In this document: piece after piece, positions 37,480 to 49,100 of the stretch
Numbering within the stretch: position 1 is the stretch's first letter
Layout: each line of letters begins with the position of its first letter
Assembly: GCA_008632985.1 (NCBI GenBank)
Contig: QPGO01000003.1
Location: 124,001-188,000, forward strand
Reading direction: 5' to 3'
DNA: 64,000 nucleotides
Source of the DNA: Psammoneis japonica
Taxonomy: Eukaryota
Notes under the pieces: generated by a model
Seen by the model: the letters and a program-made list of their open reading frames with translations, nothing else
What the model was told of the DNA's origin: nothing
Database searches by the model: none
Translations under genes and position numbers: made by a program

Positions 37480-37724
37480 TGTTGCAATTTGTCCTTCTGG
37501 TGACTGTTTCAGAGCCACCTCAGTCCTCTAAGGTCTGATCCTGAGGCTAAAATGGACAAGCTTGTTGTCACAATGCTTTCTAAGAGTTGAAAGAGAACAA
37601 TGACTGCTTCCATCTTCCATCGGCTGTTTCGTTGCTTCACGTGGAACACACAAGCGCTGACGCGTGCGTCTTCTTCACGCTGTCTAATTTTGGTGTTTGA
37701 ACTTTTAATTCACCATTTCCAACA
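37480..37724 (-). repeat. 5' LTR of Copia element 1
   Basis: Direct repeat of 31328-31572, upstream of gag. Confidence 0.95.
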
Positions 37725-38465
37725 GAGAGACAGTGAGATGACAATGTGAGCAACACGTTTGTTTTGGCAAAACTCGTGTGATGGCATGATCTCTACTTGC
37801 AGAACTAAACCGAAAGAAAGCAAATTACTTCGTACCACATTTCCCTGCACACAGCGAAATGTTGTTGTGAAATTTACAGCCACTCCAGCGCATTGCGCGA
37901 TGGAGTGCAAGCAAGAGAAATGCAAGAGAAAGACACGACATGGTGAGCAAGTCGAGTGGGGCTAGCTTGCAATCAACACGAAATCAACAAAAAATGCCAC
38001 AATCTTTTGGATTGAATCATGATCCGTCGTTTCAATCCATGCAAAATCAGAACCATGCAGTGCGCTGTCAAGCACCAAATGCGGCAATGGTCATTCGTCG
38101 CAGAGTCCAGCAAAACGGCCCTTACGGTCAATTTTCTTGTTTCGCTGGCGTCCACAGCTTGCAGTGCGATGAGATAAAATTCATGCAAAAATTGAGATTG
38201 CCGCTCCTGTGAATGCAAAGAGCTCAGTGTTTGAGTTTGAGAAATGGAGAGAAGAACACACAGACTGCAGCGGCTTGCCTTGAATGCATCTTCTGCCTTC
38301 CCCTCGCTCCCACACATCATCTCAGAACTCACATTGCAACAAACAAACAGCGCGAAGAAAACGCGCAGCATTTGAAATGGGAGGGACGCCATTTCAAACA
38401 CTCTTTTCAAATGCTCCGTTTTTCTCATCGTGGTGAAGTGCGGAGAGTCTTTCAACTCACCTCCT

Positions 38466-40665
38466 GGGAGTTGCATGAAATGTCAAAATTTTCGTTTTTC
38501 CCTGCAAAAATGCACAGAATGTCAGAGAGACCTGCCTGCACGCGAGTGCCGCCACAGTCTGCACGATGCTGCGAAAGTTTGTGCACTTGCCACCAAAACG
38601 CTGCTCGCACTTTTTGCCAGGGGACATGCCACAGACACACAATGTTGCATTTGGCTGCAGGACAAATCCTGTGTTTTTGGGGCTCTGTTTGATTTGACAA
38701 AATGTCGAAATTCCATGGAAGGTTTCTCAACAATTGCCTTTTTTCCCAACTGGTGCTGAGACAAAATGCCCCCAGAAATGCAGGTGGTTGTGTCTTCACC
38801 AGACCCCACCAAAATTTCTCGTTGAGAAGACAACCCACTGGATGGAATGAGAATGTTTAAATGATGTTGCACAGTGCGTGAAAAATGACAACCTGCACTC
38901 ACTCAATTGGGTTGGCATGGTGACATCAAGCACTGAAATGAACGACAAAACGGTGCAACAATCGATGATGACGACACCTTCTATCGGTGCCTGCCTGTGC
39001 GCTCATTTTCTACTGTGTTCAAATTTGTATGTCCATGTGTACATCATAAGCAGTTGCTGCAGCATGAGCACATCACGTTGTCATGGCGTTTCTGCACGCA
39101 TGATGATGCGCATGGCACCGCACGACTGCAAGAGACGCCCTTCTCGATCCCGAACTCCGATTTGAACCAGTCACGACTGTCTCAACCTCATCGCTTCGTG
39201 CGACAGTACAGATTTCAAATTCAAACCCGCCAATGGCTCCAACCGCCAAAACCAAAAAAGGCCTCTTGGGGGGGACTGGGGCTAGAGACTATTTTGGATT
39301 ATTGTCGTTCAAGATTCCCTTGCACACCGTTCCAAAAGCGTTCCAAAAGCGTTCCAAAAGCGTTCCGAGAACGTTCTCATATGCACTAATTCGCGCAGAA
39401 ATCAAACTTTGGAGCCGGTCAATTCGCCAATGAGACATGTGATGCATTGCAATTAGTGCACTATTGTTAGAACTATTTGAGTATGGCACAATAGTGTAAA
39501 AGTTTAACAGATTATATGGATTTATTGCAAAAAGGTACACCCGTCAAAACAGGTTTCTATTTTCTCTAAGAAAAAGAACGGCTGGTAGAAGTCTCAATAA
39601 TTTTGAGTTACAGTGGCTATAAGTTGAACTGTGAGGGTGCATTGTAACTGCCAGCATTGTTTGACAATAAACCATATCTATGACAACCGCCAATAGCTCC
39701 AACACGGAAATACCATTCGACGAAATAGGCATTTCGTCATTCCCGTGTTTCCACCGTTCCGGGACCGTGCCAAAAGCGTTCCGAAACCGCACCAAAAGCG
39801 TTCCCGAAGGGAATCTCTCTAAAAGGCCTAACATCAAAACATTGTTTTTAGACGTTGGAAACGAATGAGAACCCTGCCCGATAATACATGGAACCATCAA
39901 TCCACCTGCGGCAACAAAAACACTGCTGTATGGCAATGGCGCGGCATCAATCATTTTAGCATAGTGTAAAATGTCAAATGCGCAACACACGACTGCACTA
40001 CTCACCATGCAAATGCGCCTGCCCAGAGCCACAGTAGATTGTCTTGCAAGGACAGTCATTCAGAGGCAGACAAGATCGGAATGGATTTGGAACCAACAGG
40101 TTCGCGTCACACTTGAGCACTTTGCAGGACATGCAGCAGTGTGCGAGTTGTGGGGCCTTCTTCAAGATGAAGGCAACCTTTCTCATGGGTTCCTGCCCAC
40201 TCACTTGTTGTGTGCCCTTGTTTTCTGAATCTGCATTGTTCTGAAACCATTTTGCCGGGAATCTGTGGTGGAGCACACGAAGACACGATAAGAAAATGGT
40301 TTTGTGTCGGAATAGAGTTAATTGTAAATCTGGACTTGTTGCGTACCATCATTCCAATCTCTTTTTGAAAATCAACGCACTGGCATTAGCTTCACCATCT
40401 TATCATCTTAGATTGACTGGTAACACAGGTTTATGGATGATAATGGCATGCACGGTGACGGTGGACGGCACTGACTTTCGCTTCGCATCAACGAACCATC
40501 GCCGCGTTCGCCGTTCGACCCCATCTTCTATCTGGTGTCTGGTGTTCGCATAGCCCAAAATGCAACGTTTTAGGGGATGTGTAAAATGAATTATCGTCAC
40601 GAAAAAACACGAAAAACCACGAAAAACAGGGAAAAACGAAAATTTCGACATTTCATGCAACTCCC
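38466..40665. mobile_element. TIR-bounded DNA element (~2.2 kb) containing a Harbinger/IS5-like transposase remnant
   Basis: ~39-bp inverted repeats GGGAGTTGCATGAAATGTC(A/G)AAATTTTCGTTTTTCCCTG at 38466-38504 and 40627-40665. A 3-bp TSD CTG is possible if the ends are shifted inward by one base. Internal GCGTTCCAAAA repeats at 39327-39370 and 39755-39805. Confidence 0.65.
39971..40500 (+). pseudogene. PIF/Harbinger(ISL2EU)-like transposase fragment
   Basis: VCELW..PTHLLCALVF..EDTIRKW and CTVTVDGTDF (first catalytic Asp motif). Frameshifted and truncated. Confidence 0.65.
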
Positions 40666-40964
40666 TGGTTCTTATCGAGTCTTTTTCGACTCGCCTCACG
40701 ACCCACGTAGGAGCTACACAAGCCTCTGGTACAGGCGAACTGAAAATTTGCCCCCAGTTGAAAGACACCTGTCCCATCCGCGCTTCTTTCGAGTCGTGAA
40801 ACGAGGGTGAAACGAGGGTGATTCGAGTGATAACGTGGTGTTCAAGCGTTCTCATTTTTTGCTAAACAAGCACTGCAGCAGCAATTGAATTGAAGTCTAT
40901 CCGCCCTGCCTTAACGTTTCTAACTTTGACTTAGTCTAATAAATAGAACTCTGAGCAGCTTACA

Positions 40965-43226
40965 ATGGTGAATCTATTGCACCTCTGGACGTCCATCGTG
41001 GGTGTGAGGAGAGTAAGGCGTGAGTTCCTTGATAGGACCTTACCCCCGCACTTTCCTTCAGTTTCGAATGTTGTCAGCAAGGATGTGAATTGGACTCAGT
41101 TAGAAAGACGTGAGTTCAAAGTTTCGGAATTGAGGGCTAGTCTGAAGCACAAGAACGATTCGTTCATTGAAGACATTACGTCACTCGGTTCGGGCAGGAT
41201 CGAACTTGTTTCTCATCTGAACCAAAAGTTTCGAGTCGCGTACCAGTTTGCAACTACTGCTACGCAAGTCTATGGCGGTCGGACCATCGGAATAACAGAA
41301 AAGGAATGCGACATTACGGAAAACTGCGAAAACATTGTTGTCTCCGTTGATGATTCGGACTTGGGTCGGATGCGCCTTCCAATCATGGTGCTGTATGAGA
41401 AAGAAGGGAAATTGGAGAATCCCGGTGTTGAGGCATTTGTTGGAGACTTTGTCAAAAACATGGCAATCATTGAGACAAACGCACCGACTATCACACCATC
41501 GTCCGACGAAACCCGTCCACCGGCGACTTCTTCCAGCCGACCCAGCAGTGAACAGTCCGCTCGTCCATCGTCGACGCCAGGAAATCCAACTTCATCGCCA
41601 TCTTTCACACTGCCATCACCTGATCCAACAGCAATGCCAACGGATCCGCCAACAACCCAGCCGTCGCCGTCACTCACGTTTGATCCATCGACACGAAGGC
41701 CAACGTTTACACCCGGAAGTCCAACTTCCCCTACGTTTGATCCAGCTACAATACCAACGGATACACCTACACCTCGGCCATCCTCCTTGCCCACAAGAAT
41801 GCCTGCTGAGCAACCAGGCGATCCTCCCGAGCTGCCACCACCAGGGTACCATGACATTTGCGCAATTGCGCCAAAACTTTGCGGTGGTAAACTACCTGGA
41901 GACATTTTTGTTGGGTGCCCCGGATGTCCCATTATTCCAACAGATCCAGTCTTGGAAACAATCCCTCTGGATCCTGTTTTTCAGAAGGATCTGAATTCTC
42001 AGTTCACTCGGAATCCTGTTGTTCAGCCCGGCTTTGGCCGCACCAATATCCCAGGTGGACGATGGCTGTCGCGTTGTGCTGGTAGTGTCCCTTCCTCCAA
42101 TTTTTCAGATGGTTACTATCAACCAGTCATCGACGGCACTTGTTTGGAGAACCTTGTGCGTAACTACATCATCACTGGGATGCTGTGTAGCACCCTCCTA
42201 GAGTACGATGGGAAGAAGAACGACGCATTCAATAGACGAGGGTGTTACGTAGGCAGTTCTTTGGCCAACATCACGGGCTTGGCTCTACCTTTCACATATG
42301 GACTGCCAGACATCGAGGATGCTGACAACACAACGTTGGACAAGGTTGGATCGCTGCTGATACATGGTAGCCTCATGACCAATGTTCTTGTTGGTCAGCT
42401 TGAAAGAGACTTGCTGTCTCTCATAAAAGATTCAGGAGTGAGTCAAGAAGATTTTGGGACAGAAGAGCCCCCTGAGCCGCTTCCCCTGGTTGATCTCTTC
42501 ATTGTCACGATTACCTGGCTTGTTGCTGGGGCATTGCTGACAATGAATAACTATGGGTCCTATAGAGGATCCACAGGTGACGCCGGGACACCAAGTGGGT
42601 TGCGGTGGAGATGCGTAGGTCTCGCCGTTTGTCTCGCCATACCATCCATTCCGGTTATCGTGGCGTTGGTAAACGAGATAGAGGTCGATAGGTACCAGGG
42701 ACAGTCGTCCATGCTGGCAGCAATGTCAAGGTATTTTTGTGCAAATCAAGACCCATCTTGGTCGAAGATGGTCGCAGTTGGATGCGTGAGAGTGACGGCC
42801 ATGGGTTATGTGGAAATGCACCGACGTATATCAAACAGCCGTTGGCAGGGCTATCTTGCGATCTTGATCCTCGGATATGTACTTAGTGGTGTATCATGTT
42901 TCGAATATTGGCGAGGTGATTTCGGACGACGAAAACGCCAGTTTCTACGTGATCTGGATGATCTTTGTATTGAATTGAGGAGACGTCGTGAACTTCGGGA
43001 CCAAGTGCCGGAAAGTGGGGATGTTTCAGAGTCAGCTAAACCACAACAACCGGAAGAGAATACTCGCGAGGTAAGGCTCACGGGTATTCATATTGTTGGT
43101 GAGAACGGAAATAGTGACGCCGACGAAGAGCCAGGTGATGAGAATGGAAATAATGATCCAAATGAGGAGGCAGGTGATATCAACGCCACTTCAGGTATCG
43201 AACCTAGTGAGTTAAAGGAACGGTGA
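40965..43226 (+). CDS. Hypothetical membrane protein with Pro/Ser/Thr-rich region, about 3 C-terminal TM segments and acidic tail
   Basis: 753-aa uninterrupted ORF with normal composition. Hydrophobic segments LFIVTITWLVAGALL, VGLAVCLAIPSIPVIVALV and YLAILILGYVLSGV. No family recognised. Confidence 0.75.
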   Translation: MVNLLHLWTSIVGVRRVRREFLDRTLPPHFPSVSNVVSKDVNWTQLERREFKVSELRASLKHKNDSFIEDITSLGSGRIELVSHLNQKFRVAYQFATTATQVYGGRTIGITEKECDITENCENIVVSVDDSDLGRMRLPIMVLYEKEGKLENPGVEAFVGDFVKNMAIIETNAPTITPSSDETRPPATSSSRPSSEQSARPSSTPGNPTSSPSFTLPSPDPTAMPTDPPTTQPSPSLTFDPSTRRPTFTPGSPTSPTFDPATIPTDTPTPRPSSLPTRMPAEQPGDPPELPPPGYHDICAIAPKLCGGKLPGDIFVGCPGCPIIPTDPVLETIPLDPVFQKDLNSQFTRNPVVQPGFGRTNIPGGRWLSRCAGSVPSSNFSDGYYQPVIDGTCLENLVRNYIITGMLCSTLLEYDGKKNDAFNRRGCYVGSSLANITGLALPFTYGLPDIEDADNTTLDKVGSLLIHGSLMTNVLVGQLERDLLSLIKDSGVSQEDFGTEEPPEPLPLVDLFIVTITWLVAGALLTMNNYGSYRGSTGDAGTPSGLRWRCVGLAVCLAIPSIPVIVALVNEIEVDRYQGQSSMLAAMSRYFCANQDPSWSKMVAVGCVRVTAMGYVEMHRRISNSRWQGYLAILILGYVLSGVSCFEYWRGDFGRRKRQFLRDLDDLCIELRRRRELRDQVPESGDVSESAKPQQPEENTREVRLTGIHIVGENGNSDADEEPGDENGNNDPNEEAGDINATSGIEPSELKER

Positions 43227-43661
43227 GGAAAGAAGAAGAATAACAAGGAGAAGAAAAGATGATTGACCCTCACTCATACAGCACAGGACACCAACGTGAC
43301 ACATCGTTGTACACAGATTTGTATCTTTGTCCACAAATTCATTCATTCCCTGGCTTGGGTCGTTAATGCACGTAAGTCCCCAGCATAGTAACCTTACCTA
43401 TTAACATTGTCGCCCATGAAGGCCCACGTTACTCAATTGCTATCATGTAGAAGTTATGTGCCTGTGTCCGTATTCCTCGTAAACACGGCCACTTTTCTTT
43501 TTCGGTTTTGATGATGACATACGCCGGCGTGACAATGCCCACCAACAGCGCTTTGGTAGTTGATGCAGGGCAGTCGAGCATGCAGCTAGAACAGCGGGCT
43601 CGAAAACATCCATCCGCATATAAACGCGGTGGGCTTATTTTCGTCAAGTTAGGGACCAACA

Positions 43662-45402
43662 TCAGCCATCCTCTGTTGGCACTCTTTGGAATTCCTCTCT
43701 TGTATAGCTAGCTCCTTCACGACGACGTAGTCCAAGAGCCCCCAATGGCCTTCCTGCTGTTTCGGGTAGATACCAGGTACACACTATATTCACAATGCTG
43801 ACAAGCGTCATGAATATTCCAATTTGCATCATGGGTGTTTTGGTGTTTACCAAATAGGGAGCTGAAAAGGCTCCAATCCGAGCCACAGCATTTGCGACAC
43901 TGTGACATGTGCTTCGGATTTCGGTTGGTAAAAGTTCTGCCGTGGTAATCCAAACGACACTGCTTCCACTGTAAACAAACATGCGAGCCAAAAAGGCAAG
44001 CGTCACCAAGAGGCTTCTTTGTATTGCACCACTATTGTTGTTGTTTCCATCATTGTCGTCGTCATGGTTTGTCGTGTTGGTAGCGTTTAGCCAGCAAAGA
44101 ACCAACAACACAATACCTCCAATGCCAAAGAATGTCACTTGACAGGCAATCCTTCCAAATCGATCCACCGTCAAGAGCACAAGGACAACTCCTACTATTT
44201 CCGCACTCGAAGATATAATCATTGCTGGATAGTCAAAGTGATAACCCGTCGAGTCGTCCAATTGTTTGTCGCTATTGTTGCTGTTGAAAAACACCAGTGT
44301 CACCGCAAGAATGGTACCGTAATACAAGAGTGCATAGCTCCCCCACACGGCCCACAAGAGTAGTAGCGTAACTCGATAATTGTAAAATTCGGGTGATTGT
44401 AAAGAATCGGACAATGTGCATGTTTCGGATTCGCTTGGCAAAACAAATGTCGTTGTTCCGGGTGGAAACAATTCATCCGAGTCGTTTCCATTGGTGGTGG
44501 CCGCGCTTCGTAGAATGGCAAGTGCCAAATGGGGGTCCTTTTTCTTTGCCACCACCCATCGTGGTGATTCTGGGACTGTGTAGACTGTAACGAGCGCCGA
44601 AAGCAAGCACGGAAGAGCACACAAAACGACAAAAAGTCTCCATTGTTGTCCACCATCATTTTGTTGTTGGCGTCGTCCCAATGTCAAGTACGCAAAGACG
44701 GGTACCATCATGGTGGCAAAGGTCCAGAAAAACGAAGTATACACGATCCGTTCCCCCCGTCGGTTGGTCGGCATGAATTCTGCCAGCGTATCAAACACAA
44801 CCCCAATGCCTCCTACACCAATTCCAACCATGAATCGACACAGAATGAGTTGTTTGTAGGTTTGTACTACTGCGGTTCCCATTCCAAACACGGACACCAG
44901 AGTCGCGGTGAGTAAACAAACGGGTTTCCGACCCCACACATCACCCAATCGTCCCAACAACAAGGTCCCCAGAAACGATCCAGCAAAGACACTGGCGGTA
45001 ATAAAGCTCGTTTGCTTATCACTCAAGTTCCATTCACTTTGGAGCACCAACGACAGAAACGATAAGAGCATGATTTCCATGGCATCGGCAGCAAAACAGA
45101 GACCGGCAGCCACCATGATGCCATACTGAAAACGTCCCATGCCGATGCGGTCTATGAAACAGTGAAGTGATTTCAATTTGAGAAATCATTTTATAGTAAA
45201 ATATAACGTCCACCTTCACACACGTACCAATAGCTTCATCCATGGAGCATTCTTCTTCCTGTGATGAAAATCGGTTTTCCACAGTAGTGTCGAGACTCAT
45301 GGGATTGCGGTTTGTCATGGAGGATGCATGATGGTGTTCTTGATGATGATGTGATTGTTCTTGTGGAACAACAACGCCCGTTTGCTCATGAGGAGATGAC
45401 AT
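43662..45402 (-). CDS. MFS transporter, SV2-related (SVOP-like); 2 exons (45402-45228, 45151-43662)
   Basis: GMGRFQ, ADAMEIMLLS, LGDVWGRK, PESPRW, DRFGR, ELLPTEIRST and LPETAG. A 76-nt GTACGT...TAG intron gives EAIDRIG. Confidence 0.93.
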
Positions 45403-46128
45403 TTTTTTCAAGAGACGGGGGCTGTATCATGAACGATATGGTCAGCCAAGCAGTCCAGAGGGGGGAAAGCAATGAATGACACCTTTCAAACTCTTAGAGG
45501 GCGAAATGAATGGGATATGTGTATCTTTTTTCACAAAAGTGAGAAATGAGGAAATGACGAGGGCGGGGGATTATTCCACGCGTGCATCGTGCACGATGAG
45601 AGATGTACCATGTACACCCCCTCGTGCTTTTCCCCCTGCATGGTTGGGAGTTTTTGCACCTTGTTTTCATGCACTTTCCAAGTGGTGGTCAAAGGGGCAA
45701 CATCATTGGGGGGCAAAGTCATTGGAAAACGAGCTGAGCCACCAGCAAAGCCCCAGAAAAACAGCACAAAGCATGCCAAACACAGCAGAGGACAAGGGGG
45801 TGTTGGCATTTGTCAACTGGGGCTCTTGAGGAGACAAGTCAAGTGGCAAAGTTGTGCCCAAAAAGCAGCACTTGCACTTTGCCAGGGAAGTCTGCAAACA
45901 GGGCCCACTTGGTTTGCAAACCCTTTGCAAAAGGAGGCTGCAAACACAGGTGTTTGCCAGATGTCAGAGCCCCCAGTTGGTTGCTGACCAGCTCGCAACG
46001 TGCTTGCAAACAAAAGAGCTCAAACAGCTTGTGCTTCAGCTGTGCACAAACCATGCATCAGACTTGTTTCTCACCATCATCTGGCACTGTGCTGCTGCCG
46101 CACCATGCAACAGTCAGCACACTGTGTG

Positions 46129-49100
46129 TGTTGAACCAACGTGTCAATGGCAGCAAAAGGGAATCTTGCAAAGCTTCCTCCGCTCTTGATGTGCACGTCC
46201 TGGCTGCTTGTGTGGCTGTGGATTGCCCAGAAGATTGTTCAACACAACTTTGCACACCAAATGGATTTGGTTTTGACAGATGCTTCCCAGCACCGGTGAC
46301 AACAATTGGCGCGCCAGATGACTCACTCTAAAGAGTGAGAACACACTTCATTTCAGGGACGACAGTGCATGACAAAGAATGCATCTTCATCAGATGGGCC
46401 ACATCAGGAGACAAATGTCCATGGACTTCAGCTCTTTCTTGGTTCTCTGGCACTCCACCTTGGGAACATGGTCTTTTGCATTGACAGCAATGAGTTCAAT
46501 GCTCACACTGTCTGTGACCTTGGGTGGCATCTCCTTGAACTTGGGATCACACTCAATGAAGTCTCACTTGAGCGCCTTGTTGTGTTGTTGCAGCATCATG
46601 TCCAGTGCATTGTAAACATCAACGTGCTTCTTGGACTTCAGTTTCACACTTGTTTGGCACTTGACAGTCTTGTCGATGGAGTGCAGGAGCTTGACTCCGC
46701 AAACCTCCACAATGTCGATGCACAGAGTCATTCCATTGCTCTGCCTTTCACAAAGTTCAGGTGGCAAAGTGATGGCGTTGTTCCTCTCATGGGAATGGTG
46801 AGCATGCTTGGTCTTCCCTTCAATCGTGCCCTCTGGTGGACCCCAAATGGCCACCATCTGATCAGTCATCTGGCAAGATGGTCAAGTTCTTCACCTGATT
46901 TGAGCACAAAAAACGTCTGCAATCCCGCACTCTTGGGATGCCGGCTTCACAACAGAATCGTGGTGCCTCTTTTGCTTGCAACGTCTTGCATTTTTTGTGG
47001 CCCTTGGCATTTTCTTTGGTTGAGGGGAACATGGCCCCTGATGCACTGTGCCGGATTTTGGCATCATTGTCATGTTCAGACTTGTGTGTTGCTCTTTGTC
47101 TTGCAGCCATTGGACGTTTTCAAAGAACTCCTTGTTTGGCTTGAATGTGTGTGGCCCTGTGTTGTTGACCTCAAACACTGTGACTTGCTTGTTTGTTGCT
47201 CTGTCCAGCAGTTGGAACTCATCCGCTGCTCTGTTGTCGTGTGTGACATGACACTTCTGTTTCACATCCCGCAAACTGAGGATGTTGGCAATTGCGTTCT
47301 TGGATCCCAGTTTCACATCACCCCATCATGGCACAGTGCAGTCTTCATCCAGTGTTTCCACTCCTGTGCCAGTGGACAGATCAATCTTGATCCTTGCCAG
47401 TTGCATGTTGTGTGCTGACCTCCAGCTTGCTGCCATGCCAAGGGCAGAACCATCATCAAGGACAATCTCTTCTGGTTTGATGTTCATGTTGCTCTGACCC
47501 AAGCTCATTCCTTGGCTGTCGTTTCCAAGTTGCAGTCCAAACTTGACACTTGTGTTGTTTTCACTTGAACTGCTCTCTCCAGTTCTTGACTGGGCATGAC
47601 TTTGCCCTGGCAGCTGTGGCTTCTTTCCAGTTTTCTTCCACCATTGATTGAATGGAGTCTTGTTTCTTAATTTGCACTCACTGGACTTGTGATCATCCAC
47701 TGCACCACAGCAGTGGCATGCAATGGACTTGCCTTGTGTTTGCGCGTGACTTTGGTCCTTTTCACTCTTGTTCTTGTCATCATTGTCGTTGCATCTGTGA
47801 TCATGGTTCTTTGTGCTTCTCTTGCACGGATCATCCAGAGGTGCACAAATCGTCTGTTGTCGTTCGCACATGCGCATTTGCACACTCAGTGCACACACGA
47901 ACGACAAAACGATGAGGTGGATCATGCCGGTGCTTCACGCTGTCACGATGTGCTGTGCCTGAGAGAAATTTTGTGGGGCAAAAAACGGCTCACTCGCCAA
48001 AAACACACACAACAACACGACACATCAACAGCACTTCAGACAGCTCTCTTTGGAAAGCAGAGCAGTGACACCTTGACTCAATGCTTCCTTTTTCACTCAC
48101 ATTGTCTCCTTCATTTGTGATGGCAAGCAAAGTTCAGCAGCATTGTGGGCAATGGAGAAAATGTGCAATTTAGACTTGCAGCCTCAGTGTTTTTTTCTTT
48201 GCATTTGCCGTCAGGTGTTTTGGCATTGGCATCTCTCCAAATGCAATTTCCTCTGCAATTGTGCGTTCTCAGCATCAGACGTGTCCTGCATGACAACACA
48301 TCAAAAGGGTCCGGCAGTGTCGCAACTGTGAGTTGATCACTCCGAATGGGTTTGGTTGCATGTCTAATTTTGGTGACACAAAACGGTGCGCAATTTTCAC
48401 GAGCTTGCATTTTTCCTGTTTTTACAGTTTGTGGTTGGGACACATGTCAAAGCAATGCTGTCATGCAATCTGTCATCTGTTTGTTGTGCTGTCACCACAG
48501 GAAGCATCTGTTGGTTGACAGCATCTGAATTGGGTTGGCTGCGAGCATTGTTTTGGCGAAGCAAGACAATGGTGCGCAGTTTTCATGCGCTCGCATTCTC
48601 TGCCACATGGTTCATGGCTTGGATTGCCACATGTTGAACATGTGCTCTCACGGACTCTGTTGTCTGTGTCTTGTGCCAATGTCACAGGAGATGCAAATCA
48701 ATTCGCATCCAATCTGAATTGATTTGCTTGCACCTGTTGTTTGGAGAATCAAAGCGGCACGCATTTCTTGTGAACACGCATTCTCCACATTGTTCAGTTT
48801 GTGGTTTGGATGGCTGCATGTCCAACAAACACTCTCATGGACTCTTTTGTCTGTTTCTTGTGCCGGTGCCACAGGAATTGTCAATGGACTTAGTTGACGC
48901 TTCACAGGCTGTCTTCCATGCATGTGTGACAGAGCACATGGGAGTCCACAGTTTTGTGCAGTCATTGCGGATGAGCTGGGCATGAACAGAAAGGGGCAAG
49001 ATTCAACTGTGCATCATTGTCCATTGATCTCCTTTGCTGACATCCTCTTCCCCCCCCCNCCCCCCCCCTTTTTTACCACCACCTTGAGTCCCTCCCGCAA

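Larger units (their letters stand above)
31328..37724 (-). mobile_element. Near full-length Ty1/copia (CoDi-like) LTR retrotransposon, inactivated
   Basis: 245-bp TG...CA LTRs (31328-31572, 37480-37724) and 5-bp TSD GAGAG. gag-pol runs from 37377 with Zn knuckle, protease ILLDNQ, integrase (DNEF; QEHVPEAERNNR), RT (ADIPNAFVQ, KALYG, HVDDL) and RNase H (SSTEAE, ADCMTKP). Two nested insertions. Confidence 0.96.

Noticed and set aside
31328..37724. ADAR/APOBEC-type editing of retroelement RNA or cDNA as the cause
   Set aside because: Changes occur on both strands and also in DNA transposons, a TSD and a host-gene duplicate.
24116..38418. Firm boundaries for the Mutator-like element from a 15-bp inverted match
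   Set aside because: The match is short and no TSD was found, so it is kept only as a possibility.
39327..39805. CRISPR-like or telomeric array (GCGTTCCAAAA repeats)
   Set aside because: Only a few 11-bp units with no unique spacers and no cas genes; they fit transposon subterminal repeats.
41270..41932. 220-aa Gly/Val-rich minus-strand ORF (similar ones at 2751-3026 and 7455-7952)
   Set aside because: Antisense shadows of Pro/Thr- or Gly/Ser-rich coding regions.
49050..49068. Poly-C tract as a functional G-quadruplex
   Set aside because: It contains an N (49059), so its length is unreliable, and there is no supporting evidence.
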